From Candidatus Woesearchaeota archaeon (GTDB lineage Archaea; Nanobdellota; Nanobdellia; Woesearchaeales; GW2011-AR4), in NCBI GenBank assembly GCA_016192985.1, contig JACPTC010000017.1, positions 65,766 through 129,765 on the forward strand: a DNA stretch of 64,000 nt, given 5' to 3'. Each line of letters starts with the position of its first letter. The first letter of the stretch is position 1. Below, piece by piece: positions 1 through 10,197 of the stretch. The position numbers and the translations under genes were made by a program. The notes beneath the pieces are model-generated. The model had not been told where the DNA came from. It ran no database searches and saw only the letters and a program-made list of their open reading frames with translations.

Positions 1-153
1 AGCAAATCACAGCCAAAATCTGATGTAAATGAGAATATTAACCCTTTTCTTAATTCTATCTTGAAAATGGTATACATTGCAGAATTAAGCGGGCTTCAAT
101 ATATGAATTACCCATTTGGAGTTAATATACTGGCTGTCGGAAAGAAGAAATAA
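1..153 (+). CDS. 3' end of a CDS running in from the left, probably a class I SAM methyltransferase
   Basis: Frame 1 is open to TAA at 151-153 (...NPFLNSILKMVYIAE...NYPFGVNILAVGKKK) and resembles the C-terminus of the 4272..5000 methyltransferase. Confidence 0.55.
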   Translation, partial: SKSQPKSDVNENINPFLNSILKMVYIAELSGLQYMNYPFGVNILAVGKKK

Positions 154-170
154 CAAATTACTCAACCTCT

Positions 171-869
171 ATGAGAAAAAATCTGTGGCTGTTTGACATT
201 GATGGAACTCTTGTTAACATAAATAAGATTCATCTTGCCTCTTATAAGCTCGATTATAAGGAGACAGCTGGAAAAAATGTATCGGACGGCACAATACTGA
301 GCACATTCGGCATGTCAGAAAGCGATGCACATAAAAAAATATTCCAAAAGCTCGGAATACCATACGATACAAGCCTCATCACAAAAATAATGTCATCACA
401 CATTCCAAATTTCAAAAAAATCCTAAATCAGACTGACATAATTCCATTGGAAGGTGCGATAAGTTTTTTGGAATATTTAAAAAAGCGCCGCCAATATACA
501 GGTATAGTGACAGGAAATCTGGAAGAAATTGCAAAACTTATCCTACATAAGTCTAGTTTAATAAAATCATTTTCTGCCCTGAATTGCGATGACGGCAAAA
601 GCAGCAGAATACAGATATTAAAGCGCGCAATTAATTCAGCTAAAAGGCGAAAATATAAATTTAAAAAAATAATTGTTATTGGCGATACAACCAAAGACAT
701 TGAAGCCGGAAAATATGTAAAAGCCTTAACAGTTGCTGTAGCAACAGGCTCTGATAGCATCAAAAAACTAAAAAAATTAAAACCCGATATAATGTTAAAA
801 TCCTTGAAAGACTACAGGCTCATTTTTAAAGAACTTGGCGAAGACTTATCATCTTTTCATCAACAATAG
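171..869 (+). CDS. HAD-family hydrolase/phosphatase
   Basis: FDIDGTL motif I, VTGN motif II, IGDT..DIEAG motif IV. Confidence 0.9.
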   Translation: MRKNLWLFDIDGTLVNINKIHLASYKLDYKETAGKNVSDGTILSTFGMSESDAHKKIFQKLGIPYDTSLITKIMSSHIPNFKKILNQTDIIPLEGAISFLEYLKKRRQYTGIVTGNLEEIAKLILHKSSLIKSFSALNCDDGKSSRIQILKRAINSAKRRKYKFKKIIVIGDTTKDIEAGKYVKALTVAVATGSDSIKKLKKLKPDIMLKSLKDYRLIFKELGEDLSSFHQQ

Positions 870-1849
870 CTCCTTTTCCGCTTCTTTCAAATCGTGCTCG
901 ACCATTATCCTGACCAGTTCTTTGAATTTTGTTTTTGGTTTGTAGCCAAAAGCTTTAGTCGCTTTTGAAAAGTCCCCTGTCAATGAGTCTGTTTTTCCTG
1001 GTCTAAATAGTTTTTTGTCAAATTCAACGTAATCATAAGCGTCAAGCCCGACAACCTTGAATGCCTCCTCCAAAAACTCCTTTATCGAATGAAGCTCGCC
1101 TGTGCATATTATGAAATCATCTGGATTCTTCAACTGCAATATGCGCCAGGCTGTTTCTGCATACTCTTTAGCATAGCCAAAGTCAATTTTCAGTTCTATA
1201 TCTCCAAGAATCAGCTTTTTCTGCAATCTTTTTGATATTCTGGCAGCGGCCTTGGTTATCTTTCTTGTTACATACTCTTCCAGTCGCCTGGGGCTTTCAT
1301 GATTGTAAAAAATCGCTGTAGAAGCAAACAAGCCAAAAACCTCGCGATAATACTTTGTCAACAAATAAGCAAATGCTTTTGCGCATCCGTAGGGACTTTG
1401 TGGCTTGAAATAGGCATCTTCATTTTGTGGGTTTTGGGCTTTTCCAAACATGTTTGATGACAATGGCTGGAAAAATTTTATTTTTTTGTCAACCTGTTTT
1501 ATGATTTCAAGTATCCTGCCAACAGCTGCGCCTGTAATGTCAAATGAATAATCCACTGAATCATAGCTCCAGCTTACATGGTCTTGGTCTGCCATGTTGT
1601 AAACTTCATTTGGCCCGATTTCATTAATAACTCTGTAGATTGATGTAGCATCAGCAAGGTCGCCTTTATGCAGTCTAATCTTATCTAAAATATGCATTAT
1701 ATTTTTTTTATTGCCAGTTGCACTTCTTCTTATTAACCCATGGACTTCACAACCCTTGTCGAGCAAAAGCTCAGCTAGGTATGAACCGTCTGCCCTGCTT
1801 CCGCTACTTGGCCGGTTATACCTAAAACAAGGGCTTTTTTCTCTTTCAT
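849..1849 (-). CDS. gmd: GDP-mannose 4,6-dehydratase, split by a predicted 17-nt intron (exons 1849-1807 and 1789-849; 327 aa)
   Basis: Body has SPYGCAK and YNHESPRR..EYVTRKIT. The N-terminus MKEKKALVLGITGQ lies in another frame, from ATG 1849 with a GGAGGT RBS. Removing 1790-1806 gives GITGQDGSYLAELLL. Confidence 0.88.
1790..1806 (-). other. Predicted relaxed-BHB mRNA intron in gmd (UAGCGGAAGCAGGGCAG)
   Basis: Exon-exon stem UAGGUAU-AACCG / CGGUU-C-AUACCUA, central helix GCCA/GGGC (3 of 4 pairs), bulges AG|U and AG|A. Confidence 0.75.
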
Positions 1850-1888
1850 TTCATACAACCTCCATTTGTATTTGTAACTTTGCTTTTT

Positions 1889-4267
1889 TCATACAATCCT
1901 GAAATTCGGCAGCGGAACAATAAATCTGCCGCCTTTTTCCCTCCATTCTTTTTCTCTTTCAATAAACTCCTTTAAGAAGGCATAGGGTAGCACTAGGAAA
2001 TAATCTGCTTTTTTCCTTGCTTCTTCTTCAGACATTATCGGAATCATTGTGCCTATTGTACACTTATTCCACTTTTCAGGGCTTTTGTCAGCAGCTCCCT
2101 CAATAAGCTCATTTGTAAGCCCGTAATACTGAAGAATGGTATTCCCCTTTGTTGATGCACCATACACATAAACCTTTTTGCCTTTCTTGACTTCTTGCCT
2201 AATAAATTCCACACACCTCTTTTTATTTTCCTCAATTCTTCTAAAAAATGCCTCGTAGTCCTCTTTTGTGAATTTTTCATCAAACAAAATGCTCCCTTTA
2301 TTGTAATGCCTCGCATATAAGCGGTAGGAACCGCCATTAACATCATTCTCCTCTATCTTAAAAATTTCCAAGCCATTTTTCTCAAAAAGGTATTTAAGAG
2401 ACTCAATGGAATAATACTCAAGATGCTCATGGCAATTATGCACTATGGCGTTTGATACAAGATAAGTTTCATCTTCGGTTTCAATGTTGTAAACCAGATT
2501 GTCATATTTTTTAAAATTAACACTTTTTACTGGAGCTAAAATATAGTTATTCTTATAGATAACATGGCAATTTTCATTACCTTTGTGTTCATAACCAAAT
2601 ATTTGCCCCAATACTTTTGATGTACCTCGTAATTGCCAAGAATCTTTTGATATTACTTCTCCACTTCTTATCTTTCTTGGATAAGGTTTCACATAGCTTA
2701 TGCCAAGCATTCCACCCAAAGATGCGGTTAGGAGTTGAACCTGTAACGCAAGAGTTTTAGATGAGGTGTGGAAATGCACCTTGTTTCCTTTGATGTAACC
2801 GTCACCATCAAATAATCCACGTAAGAAGGCTATTTTAATCTCTTCTGGCGAAAACATAATAAAATCTGGAACATGCTTGTTAATAGCCCCTTTTCCCACC
2901 AATTTAGGAAGAGCACGCGCTAAGGCAGCACAAACAACACGGACTTCAATAGAATTTCTGTCATTATAAGAAATAATGCTTGTTTTGTATTCCAGAGTTT
3001 TGAATATGTAACTTATTCTTTTTAATAGATTAGTTTCCTTTTTGTTTATAGTAAAACAAACATATGGGTTGTTGACTTTACCACCTATATGCCCTTCTGC
3101 TACATATAATCCAAGTAACCATGCAGTATCATTATTTATAGGTAGCGATGACAAACCACTTCTATAGCCACGACTATTTATTTGATTGAATTCTGTCAAG
3201 TCTATTTTATCCAAAAATTTGTTATGTATCAGTTTTGGGATAACAACAAAATCTGCTCTTCTAATTTCTTTTGCTGGAACCCACTCTAATTTGTAGTTAT
3301 CTAGTTTTGTTTTTAATTGCATACAATCATGTCTAAACCATTCTTTTTTAACAATTTTAATAGGGTGTTCAGGCGTTACCTCAATAGCTTCCAAATACAT
3401 TGGTTTAATTTTGACAATATCACCTTTAAAATGACGACTAATTGTATTTCTAATTTCCACTAATGTTCCACCATTTCCAATAGCGTAATTGCCTTTGGCT
3501 AATTTACTAATTGGTTTATTATCGCCTAAAATTATAGTGTCTGGTTTGACGCATATATTCCCAACATCGTTTTTTTCCAGCATATTCTTAAGGCACATGA
3601 GTTGAGCAACGAAAATGCCGTCTTCAGCCATTGCCTTAGCAGAGTCAGCAACAAACTGGTTTGGGTCTTCCATGTCATAAAACATTCCAATAGCGGTTAT
3701 TGCCTTTGCTTTCCCTGTGCCTAATTTTTTGTACGCATCATAGCTCCAAAAATCATGTATAATCAAATCACAATTCTGCCTGAGCTCGTTTATGAGGTTG
3801 TCAGCAGGCTCGCATCCTATTTTTATAATTCCTTTTGGATAAGATTTCAACAATGTCCCGTCATTAGCGCCAATATCCAAAACTATATCCCCTTCTTTCA
3901 GATTTGCCATTTTTGAGACAGTTTCGGTTATTTCGCGCAACGCTCTTTTCATTGTTTCCGTAAATCCTGAATGGTACCAGTAAAATTTGGAATAAAGCAG
4001 TTCCTGGGGAGCTGTGTGCCTCAATTGCAAAAGCGAACAATCTTCACAAAGAACCAATTCCAGCGGAGCTTTCATATGCTTGGAATGATCTTCCATTTTT
4101 ATAAAGTTGCTTACATACAAATTGCCCAAGGAGAAAATTGAAATAATATTGCTGGAATAGCATAATCTACAGGCTTTTATCATTGTGTAAGGCATCTGCT
4201 CCTGGTTGCTGTGAACAGCGGACAATGGAATTGTTGCCATTTTATTAATCATTAACAGGAAAACCAC
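1889..4267 (-). CDS. NDP-sugar C-methyltransferase (C-methyltransferase family) containing an intein; true start probably a downstream Met
   Basis: Zn motifs CRLC and CEDC, SAM motif VLDIGANDG, C-terminal VYGASTKGNT; ICHEH is rebuilt after protein splicing. Confidence 0.88.
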   Translation of the reverse strand: MVFLLMINKMATIPLSAVHSNQEQMPYTMIKACRLCYSSNIISIFSLGNLYVSNFIKMEDHSKHMKAPLELVLCEDCSLLQLRHTAPQELLYSKFYWYHSGFTETMKRALREITETVSKMANLKEGDIVLDIGANDGTLLKSYPKGIIKIGCEPADNLINELRQNCDLIIHDFWSYDAYKKLGTGKAKAITAIGMFYDMEDPNQFVADSAKAMAEDGIFVAQLMCLKNMLEKNDVGNICVKPDTIILGDNKPISKLAKGNYAIGNGGTLVEIRNTISRHFKGDIVKIKPMYLEAIEVTPEHPIKIVKKEWFRHDCMQLKTKLDNYKLEWVPAKEIRRADFVVIPKLIHNKFLDKIDLTEFNQINSRGYRSGLSSLPINNDTAWLLGLYVAEGHIGGKVNNPYVCFTINKKETNLLKRISYIFKTLEYKTSIISYNDRNSIEVRVVCAALARALPKLVGKGAINKHVPDFIMFSPEEIKIAFLRGLFDGDGYIKGNKVHFHTSSKTLALQVQLLTASLGGMLGISYVKPYPRKIRSGEVISKDSWQLRGTSKVLGQIFGYEHKGNENCHVIYKNNYILAPVKSVNFKKYDNLVYNIETEDETYLVSNAIVHNCHEHLEYYSIESLKYLFEKNGLEIFKIEENDVNGGSYRLYARHYNKGSILFDEKFTKEDYEAFFRRIEENKKRCVEFIRQEVKKGKKVYVYGASTKGNTILQYYGLTNELIEGAADKSPEKWNKCTIGTMIPIMSEEEARKKADYFLVLPYAFLKEFIEREKEWREKGGRFIVPLPNFRIV
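2435..3553 (-). mobile_element. Intein (373 aa) with LAGLIDADG homing endonuclease
   Basis: Begins CVKPDT, block B VTPEHP, LAGLIDADG motifs LLGLYVAEG and FLRGLFDGDG, ends VYNIETEDETYLVSNAIVHN before Cys+1. Confidence 0.93.
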
Positions 4268-4271
4268 ATTT

Positions 4272-5000
4272 TTAATTCTTGCTGGTTCCTATCGCAATTA
4301 GTCTGTCCCCTATAGGGAAAATAAATTTGTTCTCAACATACTTGTACCACCAATAAATTAATTTGTTGAGTGCTGGGTTTAAAGCGCCGTAAGGATATTC
4401 CTTTTTTTTTGTTATAAGCAAGTATATCGTTGGAATGAGGCAAAAAAAATTATAATATGCCAGCTTTATGTCAGAATAGCCTGCTTTCTCAAGCTTTTCC
4501 CTGAGGAGTTTTTTTGTATACCTTTTTGTGTGCCCTATCCTTCTATCCCTCTCAGTGTACAGCCATTCGAATGTAGGCATGTCAAAAACCAATATCTTGC
4601 CATTGTTTTTAAGAACCCTTCTTGCTTCAGCCATCATCCTTTCCTCATGCTCTATGTGCTCCAGAACACCTGCAAAAAGAACCGCATCAAACTTTTCTTT
4701 TGGATGAATCTTTTCAAGCCTTATGCACTCAAAGCGCACTTTCAGCTTGTTTTTTTTTGCTTTGTCTTTTGCAAGCTTGATAAGCCTAGGGCTGATGTCA
4801 ATGCCTGTTACGTCAAGCCCTTTTCCTGCCAGATAAACAGATACTTTTCCCAAGCCGCACCCGACATCCAATATACGGTAGGCATTTATGCTCTTGAGCA
4901 GCTTATAAATAGCTTCTGCTCTTTGCTCATTGTATAAGGGTGTTTCTCTGTCCAGCGCCATCTCAGCTGCTTCAGTTTCATATTGCTCCTGCCTGTTCAT
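4272..5000 (-). CDS. Class I SAM-dependent methyltransferase
   Basis: ILDVGCGLG, VLEHI. Confidence 0.9.
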   Translation of the reverse strand: MNRQEQYETEAAEMALDRETPLYNEQRAEAIYKLLKSINAYRILDVGCGLGKVSVYLAGKGLDVTGIDISPRLIKLAKDKAKKNKLKVRFECIRLEKIHPKEKFDAVLFAGVLEHIEHEERMMAEARRVLKNNGKILVFDMPTFEWLYTERDRRIGHTKRYTKKLLREKLEKAGYSDIKLAYYNFFCLIPTIYLLITKKKEYPYGALNPALNKLIYWWYKYVENKFIFPIGDRLIAIGTSKN

Positions 5001-5045
5001 ATTTTTATGGTACTAACCAAATTATTTAAATATATCTGCTTGATT

Positions 5046-5765
5046 TTATATTGTGAATCTCCATTTTATTATCTTCAAGCAATACTGAATGCCATATTTA
5101 AGCAAAACAAGCAAATTACCATCAGACTTTGATAATCCGCCTTTCCTTTGCCCGTATCCATACCCAACTTCTGCAATCCTGAATCCCCTTTTCGAGCAGA
5201 GGTACATTAACTCAACAAAATATTCCCCAAACCCTTTATCAGGAAATTTCACTTTTTTGAAAACTTCCTTTCGCACAGCTGCAAACCCAGATGTATGGTC
5301 CTTAATATAAGTTCCAAGCAATAAGCAGCTGTAAATGTTTATCAGTATGCTCAGAAACACTCTCCAATTAGCTCTTGTGTCCTTTCCACCATGCACATAT
5401 CTAGAGCCAATGACTATATCATATTCATCAAGCTTTTTCACCAGCCTTGGAATTTCTTCTGGAGGTATTCCTAAGTCACAATCCATCCACACAACCACAT
5501 TGCCTTTTGACTCATTTACGCCTCTTGCCAAAGCAGATGCAAGACCCCTTTCATGCATTCTTCTTATCAGCTTAACTTTAGGATTCCCAATATTTTTGAC
5601 AATTTTCCAAGTTCCATCAGGGCTATTGTCATCTACAACTATTATCTCAAGCAGATTTTTGCCCAAACTGGCTGATATTCTTTTGACAGCTTCCTTAATA
5701 TTGTCCTTTTCGTTATAGGAGGGCAAAACAACAGAAACCCTGAATGATAAAGAGCTTTGTCTCAT
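5046..5765 (-). CDS. GT2 glycosyltransferase, polyprenol-phosphate-mannose synthase-like
   Basis: VLPSYNE, VVDDNSPDGT, MDCDL, VIGSRY. Confidence 0.9.
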   Translation of the reverse strand: MRQSSLSFRVSVVLPSYNEKDNIKEAVKRISASLGKNLLEIIVVDDNSPDGTWKIVKNIGNPKVKLIRRMHERGLASALARGVNESKGNVVVWMDCDLGIPPEEIPRLVKKLDEYDIVIGSRYVHGGKDTRANWRVFLSILINIYSCLLLGTYIKDHTSGFAAVRKEVFKKVKFPDKGFGEYFVELMYLCSKRGFRIAEVGYGYGQRKGGLSKSDGNLLVLLKYGIQYCLKIIKWRFTI

Positions 5766-5766
5766 T

Positions 5767-6891
5767 TTAACTCTTCTTAATAGATTTGATTGAGTCCGCT
5801 ACTTTCTCTATATCCTCTCTTGTCAAATGGCTTGAAGAAGGCAGATAAAATCCATGCTTTTCAAGGTAGTCAGATACTGGATACTGCCCGCTAGCGTCTG
5901 GAAACTTTTCATCATTTTTCTTATAAACTGGCTGATTGTGCATTCCTATGAAAAAACTTCTTGTGTCAATTCCCATTTTCAGCAACTCTTCCCTGAGTTT
6001 TGGCACATCCAATCCAAATTCTTTTTCAGCCAAAATACCATACATCCAATAGACGTTTTTTGCCCATTCTGCCTCGGGAGGTGTAATGATTCCTTTTGCA
6101 TCTTTCAGGAGCTTATTGTAGTGATTGGCATTATCCCTCCTGGCAGACACATGCTGCTCTATTCTCTCCAGCTGCGCCAGTCCAATTGCTGCCTGTATGT
6201 TCGTCATTCTGTAATTATAGCCGATCCCTTCATGCAGGAATCTTGTCTGTCCGAAATAATGGTTCTTCAACAGCCTTGCATTTTCAGCCCATTTTTCATT
6301 GTTTGTGACTATCATGCCACCCTCTCCTGTTGTTATAATTTTGTTAGCATAAAAGCTGAAACAGGCTATGTCACCCAATCCACCTGTTTTTTTACCCTTG
6401 TATTCTGCACCGTGGGATTCTGCAGCGTCCTCTATAACGGGTATGCTGTATCTTGTTGATACTTTTCTGAGCTTGTCCATGTCCACAGGATGCCCATATG
6501 TGTGCACAACCATTATCGCCTTTGTCTTTTTAGTTATTTTTTCTTCTATATTGTTGATGTCAATATTCCAAGTCTCAAGCTCAGAATCAACCAAAACAGG
6601 CTTTGCTCCAGCATATATGACTGCATTGCATGACGCAATCATGGTGAAAGTTGGAATAATCACTTCATCTCCTTTGCCTATGCCCATGGCTTCAATTGCA
6701 AGATGCAAGGCTGCTGTTCCCGAGGAGCAGCTTACCCCTTGGGAAACACCGCAATAGTCACTAAATCTTTCTTCAAATTCTTTTATGAATTTTCCAGAAG
6801 AAGATATCCATCCTGACTTCAAGCATTCTGTAACATACTTTATTTCATTGCCTTTTAACGTAGGTTCGCATACTGGTATGAATTCTTTCAT
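5767..6891 (-). CDS. DegT/DnrJ/EryC1/StrS aminotransferase, GDP-perosamine synthase-like
   Basis: SSGTAALHLA, IEDAAESHG, FSFYANKIITTGEGGM, NYRMTNIQAAIG. Confidence 0.88.
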   Translation of the reverse strand: MKEFIPVCEPTLKGNEIKYVTECLKSGWISSSGKFIKEFEERFSDYCGVSQGVSCSSGTAALHLAIEAMGIGKGDEVIIPTFTMIASCNAVIYAGAKPVLVDSELETWNIDINNIEEKITKKTKAIMVVHTYGHPVDMDKLRKVSTRYSIPVIEDAAESHGAEYKGKKTGGLGDIACFSFYANKIITTGEGGMIVTNNEKWAENARLLKNHYFGQTRFLHEGIGYNYRMTNIQAAIGLAQLERIEQHVSARRDNANHYNKLLKDAKGIITPPEAEWAKNVYWMYGILAEKEFGLDVPKLREELLKMGIDTRSFFIGMHNQPVYKKNDEKFPDASGQYPVSDYLEKHGFYLPSSSHLTREDIEKVADSIKSIKKS

Positions 6892-7388
6892 TTGAATTTT
6901 ATACCGCTATCCCTTAATACTCTCTTAACATAAGGATCAAGTCCTTTCTCAATCCTATTTATAATTTTATAATCTCTGTACTCATTATTAAGCGTAAATC
7001 TAAAATCCTTTTTTATTGGCTCTGCCACGAAGCATACGCTCAATGTATGAGTGCCATTATTCTTATTTTTTTTACCTTCCTCATTACCGTCAAAGCGGCT
7101 TCTTACAAAAAATTCTTCATATACTCCAATCATCTTCAGCAATTTTGCCTCAATTCCTACTTCCTCTTTCACTTTTCTCTTTACCGCTTCCTTGAATGTC
7201 TCCCCTTTCAGTATTCTGCCGCCAATAAGCCACCATTTGTTTTTTGCAGGCTCGTAAGCCCTCTTAAACAAAAAAACCCTGTTGCCGGACTTAAGCACAA
7301 CATCAACGCAAGGTACAGGCATTGATTCAACTATTTTTCTGTATAGGCTTGGAGGAATCTTGGTCCTATAAATACTCCTTTTCAGCAT
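6888..7388 (-). CDS. NUDIX hydrolase, GDP-mannose mannosyl hydrolase-like (start moved to ATG 7388)
   Basis: MPVPCVDVV, KRAYEPAK..WWLIGGRILKGETF.EAV.R...EEVG. Confidence 0.8.
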   Translation of the reverse strand: MLKRSIYRTKIPPSLYRKIVESMPVPCVDVVLKSGNRVFLFKRAYEPAKNKWWLIGGRILKGETFKEAVKRKVKEEVGIEAKLLKMIGVYEEFFVRSRFDGNEEGKKNKNNGTHTLSVCFVAEPIKKDFRFTLNNEYRDYKIINRIEKGLDPYVKRVLRDSGIKFK

Positions 7389-7770
7389 CTTTCCCCCTAT
7401 ATGGCCCCTGCTTAAGCTCAACAAATTTTGAATCCTCAATAAACTTAACTTCATGAGGGCAATTGAGAATAATCATGTCTCCTCCGCCCAATAGCACGCT
7501 TGAATGCTTATCTCTTTCGTTGTATATGCCAATCTCTACCTTTCCATTTTCCACATAAAAAAATTCCTGCGGATAAACATTTTTAAGCTCTTTGAATGGC
7601 TTGTGCCTGTGAGCCTTGACATTGATTCCTGCTTTGCTTATATGAACGCCCAGCTGAAATGAGAAATCTTCAGGCGTTATGAAATTTAAGCCTGGCTTTG
7701 CAAAGCTGTTTCTAACAACAATTGCAAGCACTTTGTCATCTGCAACTATCCTCTCTACATGATGCTCCAT
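7366..7770 (-). CDS. Cupin-fold protein of sugar biosynthesis clusters (start at ATG 7770)
   Basis: AHRH..QEFFYVENG..PHEVKF..ELKQGPY cupin pattern. Confidence 0.7.
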   Translation of the reverse strand: MEHHVERIVADDKVLAIVVRNSFAKPGLNFITPEDFSFQLGVHISKAGINVKAHRHKPFKELKNVYPQEFFYVENGKVEIGIYNERDKHSSVLLGGGDMIILNCPHEVKFIEDSKFVELKQGPYRGKDAEKEYL

Positions 7771-7895
7771 TTTATATACGATAACTTTCCCCGCTATATA
7801 AATCTTTTTAAACAATTATTTTTAATCTCTTGAGATGGAAATTAACTATAAAGCGATAAACATTTAAATAGCGTTTTACTCTTAATCGACTTACT

Positions 7896-10148
7896 ATGGG
7901 GGCGTTATCTGTAGTTTTGTTCTTTTTGTATACATGGGGCTTTGGTTTTTCATTGGCAAAATTTGTTAAGGAGACTGAAAGTTTTTTTGAAAGAAATGTT
8001 ATAAGAATAGGCCTAGGTCTTGCTGCAGTTCCATTAGTTGGGGTAATGCTGAGCTTATTTAAGATTCCTGTTGATTGGAGAATTTTTTTAGGGCTTAGCT
8101 TATTGCACCCTTTATTTTACATTCTTAAGAACTATAAAAACTTTAAGCCGAACTTAAACCTAAAATTCAGAAAATCTGATTTGAATTTTTTGCTGGTTAT
8201 TTTGATTTTTTCATTAGCACTCCATATGTATTTGAAAGGCGCATTTGCTTATCCCTATCTTGAGGATGACGATTCATGGTCGCATGCGCTGGGCGTTAAA
8301 TATGTATCAGTCCAAAAAACTTTTTTCAACCAGTTTGGAGGCATCCATTATCTAGACCCTTATCCGCCTGTTTATGACGGCATTTTGGGGTTAATGCATC
8401 AAACATCCCCTTCACTTATGTGGACTCTTAAGTTTTTTAATGCCTTAATCATATCTTTGAGCATCCTATTTTTTTACCTTCTTGTAAAAGAATTAACAAA
8501 TAATTCGGCTGTTGCACTGTTCTCAACAATTGCTTTGTCAATGATCCCTGCTTATCTCAGCCATTTTATCTGGGCGCACTCGTTTGTGCCTGCATTTATT
8601 TTCTTGTCGTTTCTGTTTCTCGAGAGAACAAAGCACGACAAAAAGTGGATGTATCTTGCTTCTGTTGCTATTGCGGCGCTTATTCTTACTACTGTGACTC
8701 AAAGCCTGAAATTTATGTTTTTGTTTTTAATATATCTTGCGGTTAAATGCGCTATTGAAAAAAGATTTGTTTTTGAAATCTTTTTTGCAGGAGCCCTTGG
8801 TTTTATCCTCTCCCTTATATGGTGGATACCTCTCGCTTATAGATATGGAAGCGTCCTTGATTTGCTTAAAAAACTTGGGCTTGCTTCTGATGTTTTCGCC
8901 CTGCCTCTCAGCTATCTAAACAGCCCTTACCTTTATCTTGGCCTTGCTGTTTTGAGCATTGGAGCATTTGCAATTTATTATTTTATGAAGAATAAGCTGG
9001 CTGCAAACCAAAAAAGTATTTTGGGCGTGGCTTTTTCTTTACTTATTTTAGTTTCTTATTCAGTATCATATTCATTTGTAAATGGCGTTGGAACAGCTGA
9101 TAGAATATACGACTTCAATGACTTTTTCATAGCCCACAAACAAAATCTTATTAACAACCCGTTAGGATTGGGAATTGCGGTGTCTGCGCTTTTTTTTATA
9201 ACACTGATTTTCGTAATAATCAGGCAATTTTCTGTAATAAAAGCAAAAAAAGAATCAATGCCAAAAACCCAATTTCATATTCTATTATATATCAATGCAA
9301 TTAATTCAATTCTCTTAGCAGTTTCATTACTCTCTTTTTTTTCCTTTAGATTCAAGCCGGGCACTTTAATAAAGCAATGGATGCTTCGGGAGCCAAGCAA
9401 TTACTCCTATATCTACTCATTCTCATTTAAAGTTTGGGGAATTTATCTGTTAATTACAACCCTCATTATTGTAGCTTCTGTCTACATATTTTTAATTTGC
9501 AAAGGCTGCATTGAAAAGCAAAAATTTTGGATTCCACTCTCGCTTTTATGGTTTGTATACTCTTTTGCAGGATTGTACGACATACCAACCCAGATGTTCA
9601 CTTTCAGAATATGGGCAATGCTTGCCTTTATCTTAAGCATTTTTGTAGGATACGGTTTTATTTCTACTTTGAAACTGGCGCAAAGGTTAGGTGCGCCGCA
9701 AATAATAGTCTGGACGATTTTTATAGCTCTGATTTTTTATACTTCAGGAATCCAAAAATATGCGATTAACACCTCAATCTGGCCGCCCGGCGGTTTCTGG
9801 ACATCAAACGACGAAATAAAAGGCTATATCTGGCTCAAAGATAATCTGCCATCTGAAGCAAAGATATTTACTTTTTCAAACAACGGCGTGATTATAGGAT
9901 TTGATAAATACATCTGCCATTGGTGCCAGGATGTCAGGGAATTCCAAAGCAGAGGATTTAACAGCACAGCACAGGAATTGCACAAATGGCTTAAGTCCAG
10001 AAATTACCAGTATTTTGTTTTGGATGGGCAAACTGCCCGCAAGTACGGCATCAACGAGACAAACCAAAAACTGCAGTCCACACTTTCATCCGGACTATTC
10101 AAGCCGGTTTACCAGACTAACGGCTTCATTTTGTTAAATGCCGCATAA
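7896..10148 (+). CDS. Large polytopic membrane protein, GT-C-like glycosyltransferase
   Basis: Many hydrophobic segments, EDDDSWSH loop and YPP motif, soluble C-terminal domain. Confidence 0.65.
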   Translation: MGALSVVLFFLYTWGFGFSLAKFVKETESFFERNVIRIGLGLAAVPLVGVMLSLFKIPVDWRIFLGLSLLHPLFYILKNYKNFKPNLNLKFRKSDLNFLLVILIFSLALHMYLKGAFAYPYLEDDDSWSHALGVKYVSVQKTFFNQFGGIHYLDPYPPVYDGILGLMHQTSPSLMWTLKFFNALIISLSILFFYLLVKELTNNSAVALFSTIALSMIPAYLSHFIWAHSFVPAFIFLSFLFLERTKHDKKWMYLASVAIAALILTTVTQSLKFMFLFLIYLAVKCAIEKRFVFEIFFAGALGFILSLIWWIPLAYRYGSVLDLLKKLGLASDVFALPLSYLNSPYLYLGLAVLSIGAFAIYYFMKNKLAANQKSILGVAFSLLILVSYSVSYSFVNGVGTADRIYDFNDFFIAHKQNLINNPLGLGIAVSALFFITLIFVIIRQFSVIKAKKESMPKTQFHILLYINAINSILLAVSLLSFFSFRFKPGTLIKQWMLREPSNYSYIYSFSFKVWGIYLLITTLIIVASVYIFLICKGCIEKQKFWIPLSLLWFVYSFAGLYDIPTQMFTFRIWAMLAFILSIFVGYGFISTLKLAQRLGAPQIIVWTIFIALIFYTSGIQKYAINTSIWPPGGFWTSNDEIKGYIWLKDNLPSEAKIFTFSNNGVIIGFDKYICHWCQDVREFQSRGFNSTAQELHKWLKSRNYQYFVLDGQTARKYGINETNQKLQSTLSSGLFKPVYQTNGFILLNAA

Positions 10149-10197
10149 TGCTTAGCGAATAAAAATATTTATAAACAAAAATAGTGTGGGTTCTTGT

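Noticed and set aside
849..1766. gmd as an N-truncated 305-aa ORF or pseudogene
   Set aside because: The missing N-terminus and RBS are intact upstream and are rejoined exactly by BHB-rule splicing. A pseudogene is not fully excluded without RNA data.
1851..1892. 13-codon mini-ORF (MKKAKLQIQMEVV) bounded by a 10-bp direct repeat between the methyltransferase and gmd
   Set aside because: Too short to distinguish from chance, and gmd has its own SD.
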